Program-made: the position numbers and the translations under genes | The notes under the pieces: generated by a model | Told to the model about the DNA's origin: nothing | What the model saw: the letters and a program-made list of their open reading frames with translations, nothing else | The model's database searches: none | Source: Octopus sinensis | Taxonomy: Eukaryota | Assembly (NCBI RefSeq): GCF_006345805.1 | Contig: NC_043022.1 | Span: 14,322,001 to 14,386,000, forward strand | Length of the DNA stretch: 64,000 nt | Direction of reading: 5' to 3' | Shown: one piece after another, positions 62,935 through 64,000 of the stretch | Layout: the number at the start of each line of letters is the position of its first letter | How positions within the stretch are numbered: the stretch's first letter is position 1

Positions 62935-63750
62935 GCACTAGTGAATTTTTCACTATACTTGTTGCCAACCCTCACCTTACTGACAGCATTCCTGTACAGG
63001 GCTTGTACAGCTCTTACCAACCACTCGTCTATCCCCAGTTTCCGCATTGACCACCAGCTAAGGGATTGTGGAACCCTGTCAAAGGCTTTCTCTAAGTTAA
63101 CAAAAGCCAAGTACAGAGATTTATCTTTGGCTAGATATTTCTCCTGCAGTTGCCTCACCAGAAATATAAAGCATCAGTGGTGATAAAGCCAAACTGCATC
63201 TCATCTAGGCTATCTTCCTCCCTAATTGTTGGACTGTGACTGTCTGTGTAACTTTCATCCCCTGATCCAATAAATTGATACCCCTGTAGTTAGGAATTAC
63301 AACCGTGTTTCATGGTCTGCTACCACAACAGCTCCTTTATAGGGCCCAGTTAGCTCAAGACATCATCAGGAGGAACCACGTCCGGTTTCGGCCCCTACTC
63401 CTCTACCATTTTGACGTGGCGGGGCCCCCCTTTCGGAGGTGTCTTCAGCTCTGGTGTTGGGTGCATGTCTTCTTTCTTCTGTTCCCTGGCCTCTTCGATG
63501 TATCGTCAGCGAGTGCCAGCCGGTGACTGACTGTCTTGTCAAATTTCTCCCTTTAAATACCTGTCGCATAGGCTCCAGCAGGCAGCCCTAGCAAGTTGTC
63601 ACGTGACACTGTCTCACCTTAACTGACTAGTGAAGGTGCGTAGTTTTAGCCCGCGCTTTTTCTAAACAACTGTCACCTGTCGGCAGGCATCTAAAGCATC
63701 AATTTTACCTTTGTAGCAGTTGACAATGGTGCTCCTACACCAATCATTGG
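62935..63750 (-). mobile_element. RTE RT fragment interrupted by a ~400-bp GC-rich insertion (~63293-63690)
   Basis: QLQEKYLAKDK.LYLAFV.LEKAFDRVP; both flanks of the insertion match adjacent RTE sequence at ~15750-15840. Confidence 0.7.
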
Positions 63751-64000
63751 GTACGACTCTTTCAAAGACTAGCACTTATTCTATCTCTCTTTACTCTTTT
63801 ACTTATTTCAGTTATTTGACTGCGGCTTTGTAAGCCCAGTACTTATTCTATCGGTCTCTTTTACCGAACCGCTAAGTGACGGGGACGTAAACAGACCAGC
63901 ATCGGTTGTCAAGCAATGCTAGGGGGACAAACACAGACACACACATATATATGTATACATATATACGACAGGCTTCTTTCAGTTTCCGTCTACCAAATCC

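Overview
Repeat-rich animal genomic DNA, most likely octopus. This is inferred from the repeat families (tRNA/CORE-like and Deu/Nin-like SINEs, RTE LINEs with (GAT)n tails, abundant microsatellites) and was not verified by search. There is one 100-N gap at 24649-24748. Three spliced host genes can be read from the sequence. (1) A minus-strand terminal exon encoding an LRAT/PLAAT (NlpC/P60, H-H-C) domain at 8371-8769. (2) A minus-strand single-pass membrane protein with a tyrosine-motif-rich tail (13327-13549, 17997-18048, probably 22646-22745). (3) A plus-strand gene of at least 11 phase-compatible GT-AG exons (25497-62169, 454 codons, running off the window) encoding a degenerate Nudix-like domain followed by degenerate EF-hands. 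The most striking signal is a cluster of hammerhead ribozyme (HHR) motifs in the introns of gene 3. It comprises a ~340/360-bp tandem plus inverted array whose five HHRs carry a non-canonical core (four with a compensatory U3:A8 pair), a 5'-truncated Penelope-like element with GIY-YIG remnant and inverted HHR-bearing ends, a further intact HHR, and several decayed ones. Other features are piggyBac-type MITEs amplified into ~250-bp tandem arrays, long hairpins, a solo LTR, Tc1, L1/Tx1, CR1/L2 and RTE remnants, and a 28-bp minisatellite.
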